The notes under the pieces: model-generated
What the model saw: the letters and a program-made list of their open reading frames with translations, nothing else
What the model was told of the DNA's origin: nothing
Database searches by the model: none
Assembly (NCBI GenBank): GCA_964016885.1
Contig: CAXHJY010000692.1
Coordinates: 1-43,780 of the forward strand
Source: Eledone cirrhosa
Lineage: Eukaryota
DNA: 43,780 nucleotides
Reading direction: 5' to 3'
Position numbers and translations under genes: made by a program
In this document: positions 24,518 through 37,157 of the stretch, one piece after another
How the letters are laid out: each line of letters starts with the position of its first letter
Position numbering within the stretch: position 1 is the stretch's first letter

Positions 24518-25308
24518 ACTCTCGGTTGGTTGTTTGCAATTATTATAGTTGTAGAAAAATCAAAAATTAAATCGTTTATTCATTATGATTTTGGTTCATA
24601 TTTTGTGACGATTATGTTACAGAATGGGTGAAAGTAGATACCTAACATTATATCTATTTGGCATATACTAATGTTTCTGTTTATTTCCTGATATTAGGAA
24701 ACTAACAAAATATCCAATATATCAATTACTGAAATTGTATTCAAATATATTTTTATATTCCGTGTAGTTTTGCATATTTTGTATGTTTTGATTTGCTTGT
24801 ATCAGACTGTGTAACTCTTCACCATCTCCATATCGATTTGAATTCTTTAAAACATAGTTATACTTATAGTTTGACAATCTATGACACGCGTAGCACGTTA
24901 GGTATACATGCAAACATAGCACGTAAAAGCAGTCATTTGGCATTGTGCATGCAGTACGTGTCAACTGTTACTGGCAATTAAATTACGTTTGTTTTCTTCC
25001 CTTTGATTTTAAGTATTATAATGCTATATAGCAGACACAAGGTGAACAACTTTGCGGAAGAGTATAGTATACTAACAAACAACCTGTTCCGGACTTGTAA
25101 ATCGGAGGAGAACTTTCTATATAAGTCTTGGATTCAATCTGAGGTAATCACAGTTAGTAAGGTACTCTATACATTAGTAGAGTGCAAACATTAAGTTGAA
25201 TATAGAAATGGCTTCTACGGCACTAGAACTGTTTTATTCAAAAGAAATCATCAGGAAAGCTATTCTGGTGATTTCTTTTCAATGGAACAGTCCCAGTCCT
25301 ATATTAAT

Positions 25309-25398
<90 letters not shown>

Positions 25399-25508
25399 TT
25401 AAAGAAACCACTGGGACACAGTTAAAAAATAGCCCTGCTAGCTTAGAGCCCACTTCCAGTGCTAAACATTGTCGATTCATCAACACAAGCCAAACACTAT
25501 ATTCTATA

Positions 25509-26399
25509 CTAGCAGTGGTACTCGGCGTTGCACGGGATAAGGTATCTTGATCGCGGGCCGCCAACAGACCTAATCGTGGAAAAACTGCATGCCTGGACAA
25601 TATGTAAAGAAAATATACCCTGATGGCTGGATAATCTTTGAGATTTTCCTCAATGAAGCAGGAAAAATGCAGGTTTTCACCTAGGGGATCAAGAAAATTA
25701 TTTTTTTATGTGCATAATATGCCTTAAAATTTCGGGAAAATTAGCTAGACGTAACGCCTCAAAAAAGCCGTAAAAAGCTGAAAAAATGAAGTTTTTCACC
25801 TAATACGGCCCTGGGCTATAAAAAAGTTGGATTTTCTTTGCTCACAGTATGAAGAAGAGACTGACTAATACATAGTTACAATTTCAAGGAAATCAGTTTG
25901 ACGTAACGCCTCGAAAAACCCCGAAAAACCTGAAAAAACGCAGTTTTTCACCTAATGCGGGCGCTAGGGGATCAAAAAGTTGAACTTTATGTGCATAACA
26001 CTCCCTGAAACATAAGTATTACACATGTAAAGTTTGAAAAAGGTCGGTTGGGTACTTCTCGAGTTTTAGGGATTCAAACTCACACACACACACACACACA
26101 GATATCCCCAGGGAAGTGACGTAATGCAGACAGTCAGGCATACAGACAGATATTATAAGGGCGCGACGTTATATGTATGTATCTATCTAAAAAGAGAAAG
26201 ACTAGGAATTATAGAGAGAGATCGCTAAATCGCCTAATGCGGTCAGTAGGGCATTGAAAATTTGAAATTTCTTTTGCTCAGAACACTCCCTGAAACATAA
26301 GTATTACATGTGTAAAGTTTGAAAACAGTCGGTTGGGTGCTTCTCGAGGGATTCAAACTCACACACACAGACAGACATCCTCAGTTTTATATATATAGA
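25509..26399 (-). mobile_element. Non-autonomous Helitron (891 bp) with both termini
   Basis: - strand 5' end A|TCTATATATATAAAACTGAG at 26399. 3' end has the hairpin cccgtgcaacgccgag (25521-36) followed 8 nt later by CTAG|T (25509-12). Inserted between A and T with no TSD. Internal duplications at 25998-26110/26282-26385 and 25748-808/25900-960. Confidence 0.85.
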
Positions 26400-26639
26400 T
26401 GTACATCACACAGCCCGTACAATAAGCATCCACTAAAATAACTCAATTCATATAACCCATACACTACACAACAGAACAAATAACATGAGAAACAGCAAGC
26501 TAAACATTATAAATAAGTAAATCTGATGCGATACACTATATATTCCTTAAAAAAAAACACATGGTGCCGCACAACTCTCAGATATACAAAGGTACATTTG
26601 GTGATTCAGTAGAACCTACCATGAAATTGTTGAAATAAT

Positions 26640-27000
26640 TATTTCTAATTGTGGCACAAAGCCAACAAATTGTGGGGAGGTGAAAGTCGATTACCTCAAA
26701 CCAGTATGTGACTGGTACTTTATTTTATAGACCTCGGAAGGAAGGAAGACAATGTTGACCGTAGCAAGATTTGAAATCAGAACGTAAAAAGATATAATTA
26801 CCGAAATTTCTGTCGATTCTTCCATCTATTCCTATAAATAGTAAAACTGGTTTTAAAATTAAGCTATTGGCTAAAACAAAATTGGATTACTGTTGATTAT
26901 GTCGAACCCAACACTAACTGGTATTTTATGTTATCAATATCTGAAGGATGAAAAGTAAAGTTGAGTGTAGTAAGATTTGAGCTCAGAATGTAAAGATATG
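26640..27000 (-). mobile_element. Two old Nin-type SINE copies
   Basis: actggtactttattttatagacctcggaagg..gatttgaaatcagaacg and actggtattttatgttatc..aggatgaaaagtaaagttga..gatttgagctcagaatg. Confidence 0.65.
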
Positions 27001-27249
27001 TAAGAGATATTCTCGAGAGATCTAACGATTCTATCAGCCACATTTAAAACCAATCAGTCGATCTTACCATTCATCATTCCAGTGTCGAGAAAAGACACAC
27101 ACCAGTAGAATACTGACATTGATTAACTTGACTAAGCCTTATCCCACAAACTTTCAATCTTCTGGGATCAATAAAATAAAGTACCAGTCAAGTACTAAAT
27201 AATGTACCAGTCAAGTACTAAAACGTCTAAAGTCTGTCTCAACTCTGGA

Positions 27250-27490
27250 GGCTCATTAGGCCGGTTTCTGATAAGCGACTGAGAGTACAAGACTGCCCCT
27301 GGATAGGACGCCAGTCCAAAGCAACGTTAGACCTCCAGCTATTGTTGGTACTCATGTTCAGCTAAGTGTACTTTAACAACGTGAAATGGAATGTTTTGCT
27401 CAAAAACACAACTCACAAACTGGTCCGGGAATCGAACCCACGACATTATGATCGACTAAACCAATACCATAACCACTAGGTCACACACCT
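27250..27490 (-). mobile_element. CORE/Meta-like tRNA SINE nested in a Nin-type SINE (27160-27580)
   Basis: caacgtgaaatg..tgttttgctcaaaaacacaac..ggaatcgaacccacgac..aaccactagg is homologous to 3170-3263. The flanks carry the core and tail of the other SINE family. Confidence 0.7.
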
Positions 27491-28082
27491 TCACACTGAA
27501 GTATCGGGGTACATTTAACCGACTTTCCACTCCGATCAAATTGCTGGCCTTGTGCTTAAATTAGAAACCATTACTATTATTGATGGTGATGGTGGTGGTG
27601 GTGGTGGTGGTGGTGGTAATATCATCATCATCATCCTCATCGTGTTGGAAATCAATATGTTAATGTTAAGACTCTCCCTCCTACTACTCCTCCTCTTCAT
27701 TGTTATCACAACCATTATTACCATTATTATTAACTTTATTGTTTTTTATTATTCCCGAAATAGAAAACAGCATTTAATGAAAAGTAGAAAAATTATAATA
27801 TTCCTGCCTGTGTGTGTTTTATATTTTATTTACGATTAAGTGTATATCGAGCATAGTTTTAAAAGATATGTACATCGTACCAGAAAGAGGGGAAGAGAGA
27901 GGAAGGGAAGAGAAGAGAGATAAGAAGAGCGAGAATGAGAGAACACAGTGAATAGAAATTAAATACAAAAAGAAGTATCTAGAAAAGTATAGATAGGAGG
28001 ACATGCCTAATTGAAGAATTAGCTGAGATGAGAAGGATCGAACACATTCTACGATAGTTTCACTTAAAAGCAAAAAGGATAC

Positions 28083-28206
28083 TCGTTTCCGGTCCGACAT
28101 GTTTGGTTATCGGAAACACCAACATGGCGAGCAATAACAATCGCTGCTGCACCGGAAGCCACCTCTATTGGGCAATTCATCGCTGGGAAATTGGGTGAAA
28201 TGGAGG
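28083..28206 (-). other. Candidate 124-nt exon with a CAG acceptor and a U12-type (minor spliceosome) GT donor
   Basis: - strand: ttcccgatcttatctcaacag|CCTCC...GGAAACGA|GTATCCTTTT. GC-richer, non-repetitive island. One frame is open throughout (SISPNFPAMNCPIEVASGAAAIVIARHVGVSDNQTCRTGN); the protein is not recognised. Confidence 0.4.
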
Positions 28207-28579
28207 CTGTTGAGATAAGATCGGGAATCAGAAGCATAAAATAGTTTTGTCAGCCTCTCAGTTTCTCTAATTCTATCTCTTTCCACCTCTCTCTTTCTCT
28301 CTCCCCCCTCTCTCTCTCTCTCCCTCTCTTTCTCTCTCCCTCTTTTAAATGCAATTGCTTTTTGCTCTTATATCAAGGTATACATGTATGTATGTATGAA
28401 TGTGTGTATAGATCTGTATACATGTATATATATATATATATATATGTGTGTGTGCATGTGTGGGGATGATATATATGCGGGTGTATATGTATTTGTGTAA
28501 AGTAGATTTTCGTGACAAAGCGGCATAGACATAATTTGCATAAGAATCATGTGCATGTGCATATGCGCGTGTATGCGTG

Positions 28580-28721
<142 letters not shown>

Positions 28722-29068
28722 AATGTTTGCGACTTACATATGTTGGAGCGAGTGTAATTTATTCTTGCAATATGCCTCGGAGAGCTTTAACCCAATCATG
28801 AATAAACATGACACTGTTCCTACAGAGAGAGAGACGTGAGGGCCTAAATTTATGGATATGTGACTGCGTCGAAGAATACGTGCTTGCGCACAGATTTGAG
28901 CGAATATAAACGAATATTTGTACAATAATTTCATGAATATAAGTAAAAGTCTGCTGTCTACTCGTAACAACACGCGTCTCTATAAACGCGTTCATCTATA
29001 ACTACCTATTTATGTATCTATGAGTTACTATTTATGTATGTATCTGTCTGTCTGTCTCCTCTCTCTTA

Positions 29069-29123
<55 letters not shown>

Positions 29124-29201
29124 CGCACACATTTCTTTTTTCTCTCCCTATATAGATATATATAGATATAGATATATATATGCATATATATATTATGTAC
29201 G

Positions 29202-29269
<68 letters not shown>

Positions 29270-29273
29270 GTAC

Positions 29274-29328
<55 letters not shown>

Positions 29329-29334
29329 AGCATG

Positions 29335-29367
<33 letters not shown>

Positions 29368-29576
29368 ATGTATGTATATATAATATACGTATACATATAT
29401 AGATATATAAACATACACAGATATGTAAACTGTCTATTTGGTAGTATCCGTTATGTATGACTATTCATTTGTCTATTTACCCTTCTATATTTATTTCTCT
29501 TTCAATCTATTTATCAAACCACCCATTGATCAATATATATGCCCGTAAATACAAACGTTCTTGTGTATGTGTGTTC

Positions 29577-29624
<48 letters not shown>

Positions 29625-30343
29625 ATACGTATGTGTGAGTGTGTGATGGGAATGGGGTTAGGCACATTACTTAAAATATGAATATATAAAGAATTAACCA
29701 TTTGGAAAAAAATAATAGACCCACTAAAATACAGTAAAAAAATATGAATCTGGCTAGACAGATATGGAGACAGGTCAGCATATTGACAGATAGAATTAGA
29801 GACTAGCACTACAGAGAAAACAGCCGTGTAGATAAATAATATCGAGAAAACAAAAGACTGTACACACATCTGACTTAGACACCTGGGTGAATCTAGTCAA
29901 AATTTGTTATCTTTATTCAGTGTTTCTAAGGTATCCTTTAAAAGTTCGGACACATACAGGTCATGCTAAACAGAATAGCGGCTAATATCAACGGATATTG
30001 GTATTTCGGTAGTGTATAAATAATTTCTAGTAAGACCATCCGTTGAATGGTAATTTTGGATGTATCATATTTTTGTAGCGGAAGTAATTGCAGAGATAGT
30101 TTATTGTTGCTGTTGCTGTTGTTATTGTTATTGTCGTTGTTGTTGTTGGTGGTGGTGTGGTGGTGGTGTTTTATGGTGGGTTAGTGTGCATTGCCAAAAT
30201 TGATAAGAAATCGGACAAAATGTTTTACATTTTAACTTTAAATACCCCTGGAAAAAGTTTAATAAAATGAATACCTGTCAGAGCTTGTGGTCTATTATAG
30301 CCATTGTAAAATCCCCCCAAATGGTGCGTAAATTAGAAACCAA

Positions 30344-30522
30344 CAGTATCGGTAGAGGGTCGGACACCATGCTTTGCAGCAAAGAGTTACGGCCCTTTAT
30401 GATCTGAGTTCAAATCCCGCCGAGGTTAACTTTGCCTTTCATCCTTACGGGGTCGATAAAATAAAGTACCAGTAATACACTGGATAATTGCTGGCATTGT
30501 GCCAAAAGTAGAAACAATTATT
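30344..30522 (+). mobile_element. Young SINE inserted at the tail of an older SINE
   Basis: cagtatcggtagagggtcgg...GAGTTCAAATCC...core...agaaacaattatt, directly after the older tail gtgcgtaaattagaaacca. Confidence 0.9.
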
Positions 30523-30533
30523 AAGGAACAGTC

Positions 30534-30599
30534 AGTAGACTGGCACATTGTGTTGGGCCCCTAACTCAGAGTTCCGCAGATCGAAACTGCGTTCTGCTC
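30534..30599 (+). pseudogene. Initiator tRNA-Met pseudogene (anticodon CAT>CCT, D-arm deleted)
   Basis: AGTAGACTGGCACATTGTGTTGGGCCCCTAACTCAGAGTTCCGCAGATCGAAACTGCGTTCTGCT compared with metazoan tRNAi AGCAGAGTGGCGCAG..GTGCTGGGCCCATAACCCAGAGGTC..GATCGAAAC..CTCTGCTA. It has the initiator-specific T-loop ATCGAAA in a perfect CGCAG/CTGCG stem and an A1-U72 pair. Confidence 0.85.
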
Positions 30600-31303
30600 T
30601 TCTGATGTAATTTAATGCTACAAAAAATTATTATTAGGGAACAGGGTGACAGACGATTACAATAAAAATAGAAAGGATGGTGAAAAAAGGAGCAACAATA
30701 ATGGTCTGTTTAGTTTATTCTATGAATTGGAGGACAAAAACCGACGTAATATATGGATAGACGATAAGAGATTTCTACTGAGAGCACCCGAAAAATAGAC
30801 TTTTAGTTTTAACAACGAGATCAATATAAGAATGCAGATATGAAGATGTTTGTTCTCATCGATGAACCGACTGAAAAATTGCTTACGGACGATATTTGTG
30901 ATACCAATGTGTGGTGGTGAATGCAAATATGGAGTGTTCTAACTCTAAATATCTAGTGGGTTTTCTTCCGTGTGTGGGTGGGTAACCCTACATTTTTTGC
31001 ATGTTTTATATTTTATCTTGCGATGTTTTTTTTCATAATTTTATATTTAGTTCGTTTTATCATATTTTAAACCGTCAGTTGCATGACGCCATTGCTCCTA
31101 CCCTCGATTCTATATAACCATGTATATCCAGCTCCACATATGATGTACCCGTAAGGTTTATAACGTTTGTTGTAATATGTATGCGAGCCCCTCTAGCCAA
31201 TTCGATAAGTACCAGTAAAGAACTGGTGTCGATTTAATCGACTTTCCATTGCCTTTAAATTGCTGGCCTAGTGCCTATACCAGAAACCATTATTACTATT
31301 AGC

Positions 31304-31490
31304 GGTGGATTGGCAGTATCGGTAGAGAGTCGGACACTATGCTTTGAAACATAGAGTTACGTCCCTTTATGATCTGAGTTCAAATCCCGCCGAGGTTAAC
31401 TTTGCCTTTCATCCTTACGGAGGTCGATAAAATAAAGTACCAGTAATGTACTGAGTAATTGCTGGCTTTGTGCCAAAAATAGAAACAATT
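31304..31490 (+). mobile_element. Full-length young SINE (copy A), after an older SINE tail (31205-31303)
   Basis: A-box, B-box, core and tail; attattactattagc on both sides. Confidence 0.92.
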
Positions 31491-31505
31491 ATTACTATTA
31501 GCAGT

Positions 31506-31826
31506 GAAAGGTGGGTGTATGTGGCGAGAATGGCCCGTCTGTGTGGGCCTACTCTGGTCATGCGCCTGTAGGTAGGTGAATTTGAGGAGGAGAGGGGGTG
31601 CCCTTCCCGGGTACTCTCAAAGCGTCGGGTCGTTCAGGATTGGTGGGGTACCTGAGCGAACCCTGGGTGGTCATCCCCCCCCCCCTATTGGGGAATTTTT
31701 CTTGTATTTTTCTTGTTACTTTGTTATTGTTATTCATATTGTTTACTCGATTTTTCTGTAAAACCCCCACTGTCCCAGTCTTTTGTATTGTCCCCTATAT
31801 GTCGGCCCTTGTGGCCAATAAATGAA
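31506..31826 (+). mobile_element. 5'-truncated LINE 3' end (L1/Tx1-like): last ORF2 codons + 3'UTR + AATAAA
   Basis: ERWVYVARMARLCGPTLVMRL* (31506-31571), G-rich then T-rich UTR, AATAAA at 31817-22. A homologous terminus is at 43698-43780 (- strand). The clade assignment is inferred. Confidence 0.65.
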
Positions 31827-32012
31827 GGTGGATTGGCAGTATCGGTAGAGGGTCGGACGCCATGCTTTGCAGCAAAGACTTACGGCCCTTTATGGTCTGA
31901 GTTCAAATCACGCTGAGGTTAACTTTGCCTTTCATCCTTACAGGGTCGATAAAATAAAGTACCAGTAATGCACTGGTTAATTGCTGGCCTTGTGCCAAAA
32001 GTAGAAACAATT
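31827..32012 (+). mobile_element. Full-length young SINE (copy B)
   Basis: ggtggattggcagtatcggtagagggtcgg...gagttcaaatc...core...agaaacaatt. Confidence 0.92.
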
Positions 32013-32039
32013 ATTACTATTAGCAGTCGTAGGGATAGT

Positions 32040-32041
32040 GT

Positions 32042-32103
<62 letters not shown>

Positions 32104-32127
32104 TCAGCAGCAGCAGCAGTAGTAGTA

Positions 32128-32183
<56 letters not shown>
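32040..32183. repeat. (TAG)n microsatellite with a (CAG)n interruption
   Basis: Direct reading of the sequence. Confidence 0.95.
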
Positions 32184-32184
<1 letters not shown>

Positions 32185-32629
32185 TGCGTAAAAATATATA
32201 TATATGCATCCATGTATATGTTTGTGTGTGTGTGTGTCTGTGTGTGCTGTAAATGTTTTGTTATTTGTTTTTGTTGTTTTTTCCGACAGTGTATTAATGA
32301 CCAATTTAAGAGAGTGCTACGCAAAAGGTCAATGATCGAAAATCTAAGGATAGTGTGCTTCAATGCACTTCTCATAGCTAATAGCGATTAATGAAAGAAT
32401 TATTCGCAATGGCTGCTTACTTTGCTCTCTGAATAATATTCCTGCATAAAATTGAACGATGAAATAACTAGTCAACATCGAGATCGCAATAAAATTGAAA
32501 TTTTTATTTCAATTCTTATCGCTTTTGTGTGTGTTGCTTTAGTTGCTATTCATTCTATTGATGGCGGGGAAAGACATGACTATGATGACGATGAGAATGA
32601 TAGTAAAGATTTTTATTTTTAATCACATG

Positions 32630-33575
32630 GCCATTAATATGTGGGCGGGGAAATTCGATTATATCGACCCAGTAATTTACTGGTACTTTATTTTATCGGC
32701 CCTGCAATAATGAAAGGCAACGTTGACTTCAGCGGGATTTGAAACCAGAGCATAGAAGGCCGTAATGAAATACTGCAACGCTCTAGCGATTCTGCTCTAA
32801 CGATTCCGCCTTTATAATATTTTTTTTTATTTAGGCACATGGCCAGAAATTTCTGGGATGGGGAAAGTTGTTTATATTGAGCCCAGTTCTTGAGTGGTAC
32901 TTTATTTTATCGACCCCGGAAGGATAAAAGGCAAAGTTGTTCTCGGTGTTATTTGAATCAAGAACGTAAAGACCCGAAAGAAATACCTCAAAATATTTCT
33001 TCGATGCTTCAAATAAGTCTGCCAATCCTTTCTCATATAGAGACAAAGCTTGAAATTTATTTCTAAGAGGTGGGACATAATCAATTATATCGCCCTTGTT
33101 TGTTTGATACTTATTTTATGAGCCCCCAAAACGTATGAAAGACTAAGGTTTCCCACATTTGGACTGAACTTGAGACTTAATGACTGTGCAGCGAACATCT
33201 TCACCATTCTGTTATGCTTCGTTCACACATTTTGTCCGTCGCTCTAACGACTCTACCAATTGACCACCTTTGTAACTAAACACATGTCTCTACTGCTTAG
33301 ATATTTTTACCAGAAAGTAAGCTTGGCATTGCTTTTTATTATGATGACTCTCCTCAGGGTGGTGCATTGGCAGAATCGGTAGAGTGTCGGACAAAATGCT
33401 TTGCAGTATTTAGCTATGGCTCTTTTCATTCTGAATTCAAATCATGCCGAGGTTAGCTTTGCCTTTCTTCCGCACGGGGTCGATAAAACAAAGTACCAAT
33501 AGCGCATTGGGGTCGATTTGATCGACTTTCTTCTCCCCCAAATTGTTGGCCTTGTCCCTAAATCAGAAACCATTA
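32630..33575. mobile_element. Cluster of older Nin-type SINEs: three on - (32630-33270), one on + (33360-33575)
   Basis: Repeated ggtactttattttatcg..gaaaggcaa on the - copies; tggcagaatcggtagag..gaattcaaatc..ggggtcgataaaa..gtacc on the + copy. Confidence 0.75.
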
Positions 33576-34703
33576 CGATCACGTTCCTATTATTCTATCT
33601 AACACCTTATATCACGAGAAAGCTGGACCATGTAATTAAGGTGTTGCCATAGTTGTTATTGTTATTGTTTGACCACCGGTCAACTTTCATCGGCGGATTT
33701 ATGATCAAAAACACTCCAGCTTTGACCACACTTTCCGTATTTTTTGTATACCCAAGTTTATTTTATATATTCTTTCTTTTTAAGACGGGTAGTTTGATGA
33801 ATATTTAATTAGCATTTCTAGCAAGTAAAGTAGCTATGTAGAAGTTCGGTTGTTGGTCGGTTGTATAATAGCATTTCTTGTTATTGTTGTTATGCGTAGT
33901 TAAAACGCCAGATTCGCCTCCCCACCGAACCAAGTATATAAATTTCGTATATGTTATACATGTAGCGAGTGAAAGAAACTATATTTTACTTTTCTCGGAT
34001 CTTTGAGTTTCTCCAGAGTTCAACGCTGATAATTAAAAGAGAGGGGGGAGATGCAAAGAAGTAAAGCGAGATACAAAGAGAATTATTGTGTGAGAAAGGG
34101 GGCTGAGAAAGAGGTGATGTTTGATCATCTAAAGCATCGAAACAACGACCACTCGCTCATCATGTTGTGTATACCAGGTCTCCTGCCCATTCACTAGTAA
34201 AGTATGACTACTTTTCCTTCTCATAGTGGTACCGATTTTTCAAGGAATTGGTAAAAGAAGCAAAGATTGAATTGATGCTAAAAATGCATCCGCTACTATT
34301 GCCAGTAACAATCGTTATAGTGTGTGAAATGTGGCTTGAAGTAGATGAGCTTGATGTTGAGGAGGTTCTTGTGAGAGCATGTGTGAAGCGGTGCGCGTGT
34401 GGACGTACGGGCGTGCGCCTGAAACGCCTGTAAGACAGTAGTGAGGCAGCAATGAGGCGGCAGCTAAGAGATTGCAAATCGGCTGAGAGGTGATTGCGAG
34501 GCAACTGGAAGGCGGTGATAACAACTGCATTGGCAGGCTGTTAACTGAATATGTTTCAGCAACGTTCAACGAAATCTCTTTAGCAATTGACTTTAAATGA
34601 CAAGCGTCTTCAATTTCTTTTTCTTGTATTTTGTTTTTCAATTATATCTTTTCCCTTTCTCTTCTACGTCGTTATCTATCTCTCTCTCTCTCTCTCTCTC
34701 TCT

Positions 34704-34758
<55 letters not shown>

Positions 34759-34808
34759 CTATCTTCCTATCTATCTGTCTACTTGTCTATCAATCTAGCT
34801 CTCTCCCA

Positions 34809-34860
<52 letters not shown>

Positions 34861-35849
34861 ATGTCAGTCAAGCTGCTCAATATCCAGGCGATAAGAGCGA
34901 GCTAAGAGCTGCGAATACTTTTATTCGATTACTTTGTTTGTGGCGGGAATATTTGTGGCAGGGGACCGTTCTCGTGGGAATAGGGCATGACAAAACAGGA
35001 ATCGGATGTGGTGGGAAATGAAGTGGGCAGCAGGGATTATGATGAGGCAGAAATAGTGTGTGGGGGTGACAAAGGCTCCGTAAAAGTAATTAGATGGTTA
35101 AAACACATAGTCGAACTGAGGCACAAACAAATTCTGAGTAGCAAAATATACACGGTCGTTCTCCAGTTACCACAAACCATTAATATCATCTATAGTCATC
35201 TATCACAAACTCTACTGCCATAGCCATCACTCGCATTATCAATACTACTACCATCACCTCTATCACCATAACCGAAAGCTCATCTACGTGGTCCAGACCA
35301 CTATCCCTTTTAATAGCAGAAGTGATAGTGTTCTGAAGACATGCGTACATCTGAAATGCCTTTCGTCACAGGCCTATAGCAACGATCCAACGAAGGGCTC
35401 CCTAAGAAGTCGCTCAATTTGCAAGAAATCGCAACCAAATTACCCTCAATTTACATGCTAGAGTTACAGAACACATTAGATTATCTAGTTCTAGATACCG
35501 ATAAAAAGATGAGATGGTCCTGATTGAAATGACCTGGGATCCCAAATGTAGGATCCCAAATGGAAACCTGTATGTTGTACGGACTGTTAGAAATAGCAGC
35601 CAATTTTCCTCACCTCAGAACTTCAAATGTGATCAATGCTGAAATACCATTGATCATGTATCAGTTTGGTCAGGTCTCACCTGGAACTAAAGAAGGACAT
35701 TGACAAGGGTAGCACCACCAAGGAACAACAAGACATTTCTTTTCCAATCAACTTCTTTACAACTTCTTTATATAACACTGCAAACGGAGGTTAAGGGCTG
35801 AGGGAGTCTCTGCATCATCGCACAACGATAAAAGGCTTCTTGTTGTTAT

Positions 35850-36145
35850 TGTATGTATGTATGTGTATATGTACATATGGATGGATGGATGGATGGATGG
35901 ATGGATGGATGGATGGATGCATGGGTGTATGTATGATTGTATGTATGTGTGGTTGGATGGATCGATCGATTTGTCTTTCTAGTAGAGATTGTCTCATATA
36001 TGTCATTGGTTACTCGCAGTCGTTAGTGTGTTATTCCGTAGGCATGTATGAATATGTGAGTGTCTGTTTGGATTGTGTGAGATTTCTGTGTATGTGTGTG
36101 CGTGTGCGCGTGTGTGTGTGTATATATATATATATATACACACAC

Positions 36146-36190
<45 letters not shown>

Positions 36191-36201
36191 CGTGTGTATA
36201 T

Positions 36202-36269
<68 letters not shown>

Positions 36270-36289
36270 ACACACATATATATACATAC

Positions 36290-36335
<46 letters not shown>

Positions 36336-36671
36336 ACACACACATATATACATACATATATATATATATATATATACATATATATATGTATGTGTGTGTG
36401 TGTGTGTGTATATATATATACATATGAATCCGTGTTGGGCGTGTTTAATTCCTTTCTTGATAACACTTCCTATTAACTCCTTCATTATATACATATATAT
36501 ACACTCACACATACATATATGTATATCATATACATATATAATAAGCTGATAATCAAGCACATACATACACACATTCATACACACATTCATACACACATTC
36601 ATACATACACATTCATACATACATACATTCATACACACATACGCTCATACATACATACATACATACATACA

Positions 36672-36705
<34 letters not shown>

Positions 36706-36860
36706 CATACATGCACACATATATACATTATACATACATACATACATACATACATACATACATACAGGTGTGTATGCCTTTGTATGTGTATTTCCATGCA
36801 TGTGTGTTAGCTCCCACGATTCCACTTCTATATCAATATCTATGCTTGCGTGCGTGTCTG

Positions 36861-36895
<35 letters not shown>

Positions 36896-36972
36896 ATTCA
36901 CAAGTGTATGTGTGAGTGTGGGTGTATGTGTCTGTGCGTGTGTATTCACGAGTGTATGTGTGTGGGAGGGGC

Positions 36973-37023
<51 letters not shown>

Positions 37024-37107
37024 TTGTGTGTGAGTGTGTGTGTTTGTGTATTCACAAGCGTATGTGTGAGTATGAGTGTGCATGTATGTGTGTGTGTGGG
37101 GGGGGGT

Positions 37108-37157
<50 letters not shown>

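Noticed and set aside
35330-35375. CTGAAGA..GAAA hammerhead-like spacing
   Set aside because: Only a 3-bp stem II, and no stem I or III pairing.
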